From the NCBI GenBank assembly GCA_033723415.1, contig JAWVXD010000001.1, positions 224,001-288,000 on the forward strand: 64,000 nucleotides of DNA. The letters run 5' to 3'. Below the pieces are notes generated by a model. It was not told where the DNA came from, searched no databases, and saw only the letters and a list, made by a program, of their open reading frames with translations. Of this stretch, positions 63,073-64,000 are shown one piece after another; position 1 is the first letter of the stretch, and the number at the start of each line of letters is the position of its first letter. The position numbers and the translations under genes are program-made. The stretch comes from Sulfurospirillaceae bacterium. GTDB lineage: Bacteria; Campylobacterota; Campylobacteria; Campylobacterales; Sulfurospirillaceae.

Positions 63073-64000
63073 TTGAAATCCTTTTTTAAAATTACTGTAG
63101 TCGAATGTGCGCTTATAAGGTATTTTTTAGCAACATTTACAATATCTTTCTTTTGCAATTTATTTATTTCATCTTCATAGTTAAGAAGAGGTGAGATATC
63201 TCCTTTTGCGAAGTAACCTCCAAACATATTAGCTAATTCGCTTGAACTTTCCAATGAAAAGATAAAGTCAGATTTTGTATTTGTTTTTATCTTCTCTATC
63301 TCTTTATCTCCAATTTGACCTTTTTTAATATTTGATATTATTTTTAAGATCTCTTTTTCTACGTCCTCTGCTTTTATTCCAGGATTGCAGACAGCTAAAA
63401 ATATAAAGAGTGATGGATCTTTTTGCTCCATATTATACGCATATACCTGATTTACCATTTTCTTTTCATCTACTAATACTTTTTGTAATACACTGCTCCT
63501 GCCACTACTTAGGAGTTCACTCAATGCCGACAATGCAACTTGATCAGGATTGTTAAACGCAGGGATTTTATAAGCAATAGCGAGCATCTGAACTTGAGAA
63601 TCTTTTTTTATCATGATTCTTTTTGCACCGTCTTGAACAGGTTCTACCTGATGTATCTTTGGTATTTTTACACGGCTGTTTTTGATATGTCCAAAGTATT
63701 TCTCTGCATTTTTGAAAACATCATCAGGCTTAACGTCTCCTGCGACTATGACGATTGCATTGTTTGGTCTATAGTACTTTTTATGAAAATCACGTATATC
63801 TTTTATAGTCCAATGTTTTATATCTTCTTTAAAACCTATCGGCGTCCAATGATATGGATGATATGTGAAGGCATTGTTAAAAAGTCTAAAATACAAATAT
63901 CCTGTCGGTGAGTTATCAGTTCTCCATCTTCTCTCTTCTAAAACAACTTTTCTCTCAGGCTGAAATTCTTTGTTTGTTAATTTGAGATTTTCCATAAGTT
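63069..64000 (-). CDS. M16-family (pitrilysin-like) zinc peptidase, 3' part; runs off the right edge
   Basis: ERKVVLEERR, HPYHWTPIG, FHKKYYRPNNA..IVAGD. Confidence 0.9.
   Translation of the reverse strand, partial: LMENLKLTNKEFQPERKVVLEERRWRTDNSPTGYLYFRLFNNAFTYHPYHWTPIGFKEDIKHWTIKDIRDFHKKYYRPNNAIVIVAGDVKPDDVFKNAEKYFGHIKNSRVKIPKIHQVEPVQDGAKRIMIKKDSQVQMLAIAYKIPAFNNPDQVALSALSELLSSGRSSVLQKVLVDEKKMVNQVYAYNMEQKDPSLFIFLAVCNPGIKAEDVEKEILKIISNIKKGQIGDKEIEKIKTNTKSDFIFSLESSSELANMFGGYFAKGDISPLLNYEDEINKLQKKDIVNVAKKYLISAHSTTVILKKDFK

Overview
AT-rich chromosomal window from a Campylobacterota (epsilonproteobacterium, Sulfurospirillum-like by gene order and protein style). Core blocks: hslU-hslV-rplI-rhodanese-argG; S4-trpD-tsaE-lptB-rpoN; metY-rrf2-cysK; hypF and nikMNQO-hypBCDEA; yhdP/mltG-icd-mdh-fumAB-sucCD-oorDABC; and M16 peptidase-dapA-fabL-pgsA-rseP-yggS. 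Accessory material is interleaved. (1) A PepSY/OmpR/histidine kinase module whose three apparent target promoters share an exactly spaced TTTCAT-N5-TTTCA(T/C)-N10-TA(T/A)AAT architecture; they drive DUF347, YkuD-like, PAP2, DedA, a double glycosyltransferase and DedA-LssY envelope genes. (2) An intact but apparently catalytically degenerate IS1595/IS1016-like transposase gene divergent from the nickel-uptake/hydrogenase-maturation operon, whose leader holds a perfect 22-bp inverted repeat. (3) A variable region (48.6-59 kb) with a 1176-aa Cap4-like-nuclease/NACHT candidate anti-phage protein next to an unannotated class D beta-lactamase relic. Two sigma54-type (GG-N10-GC) sites flank the rpoN operon. 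No rRNA, tRNA or CRISPR array was seen. All calls come from reading motifs by eye; no database searches were run.
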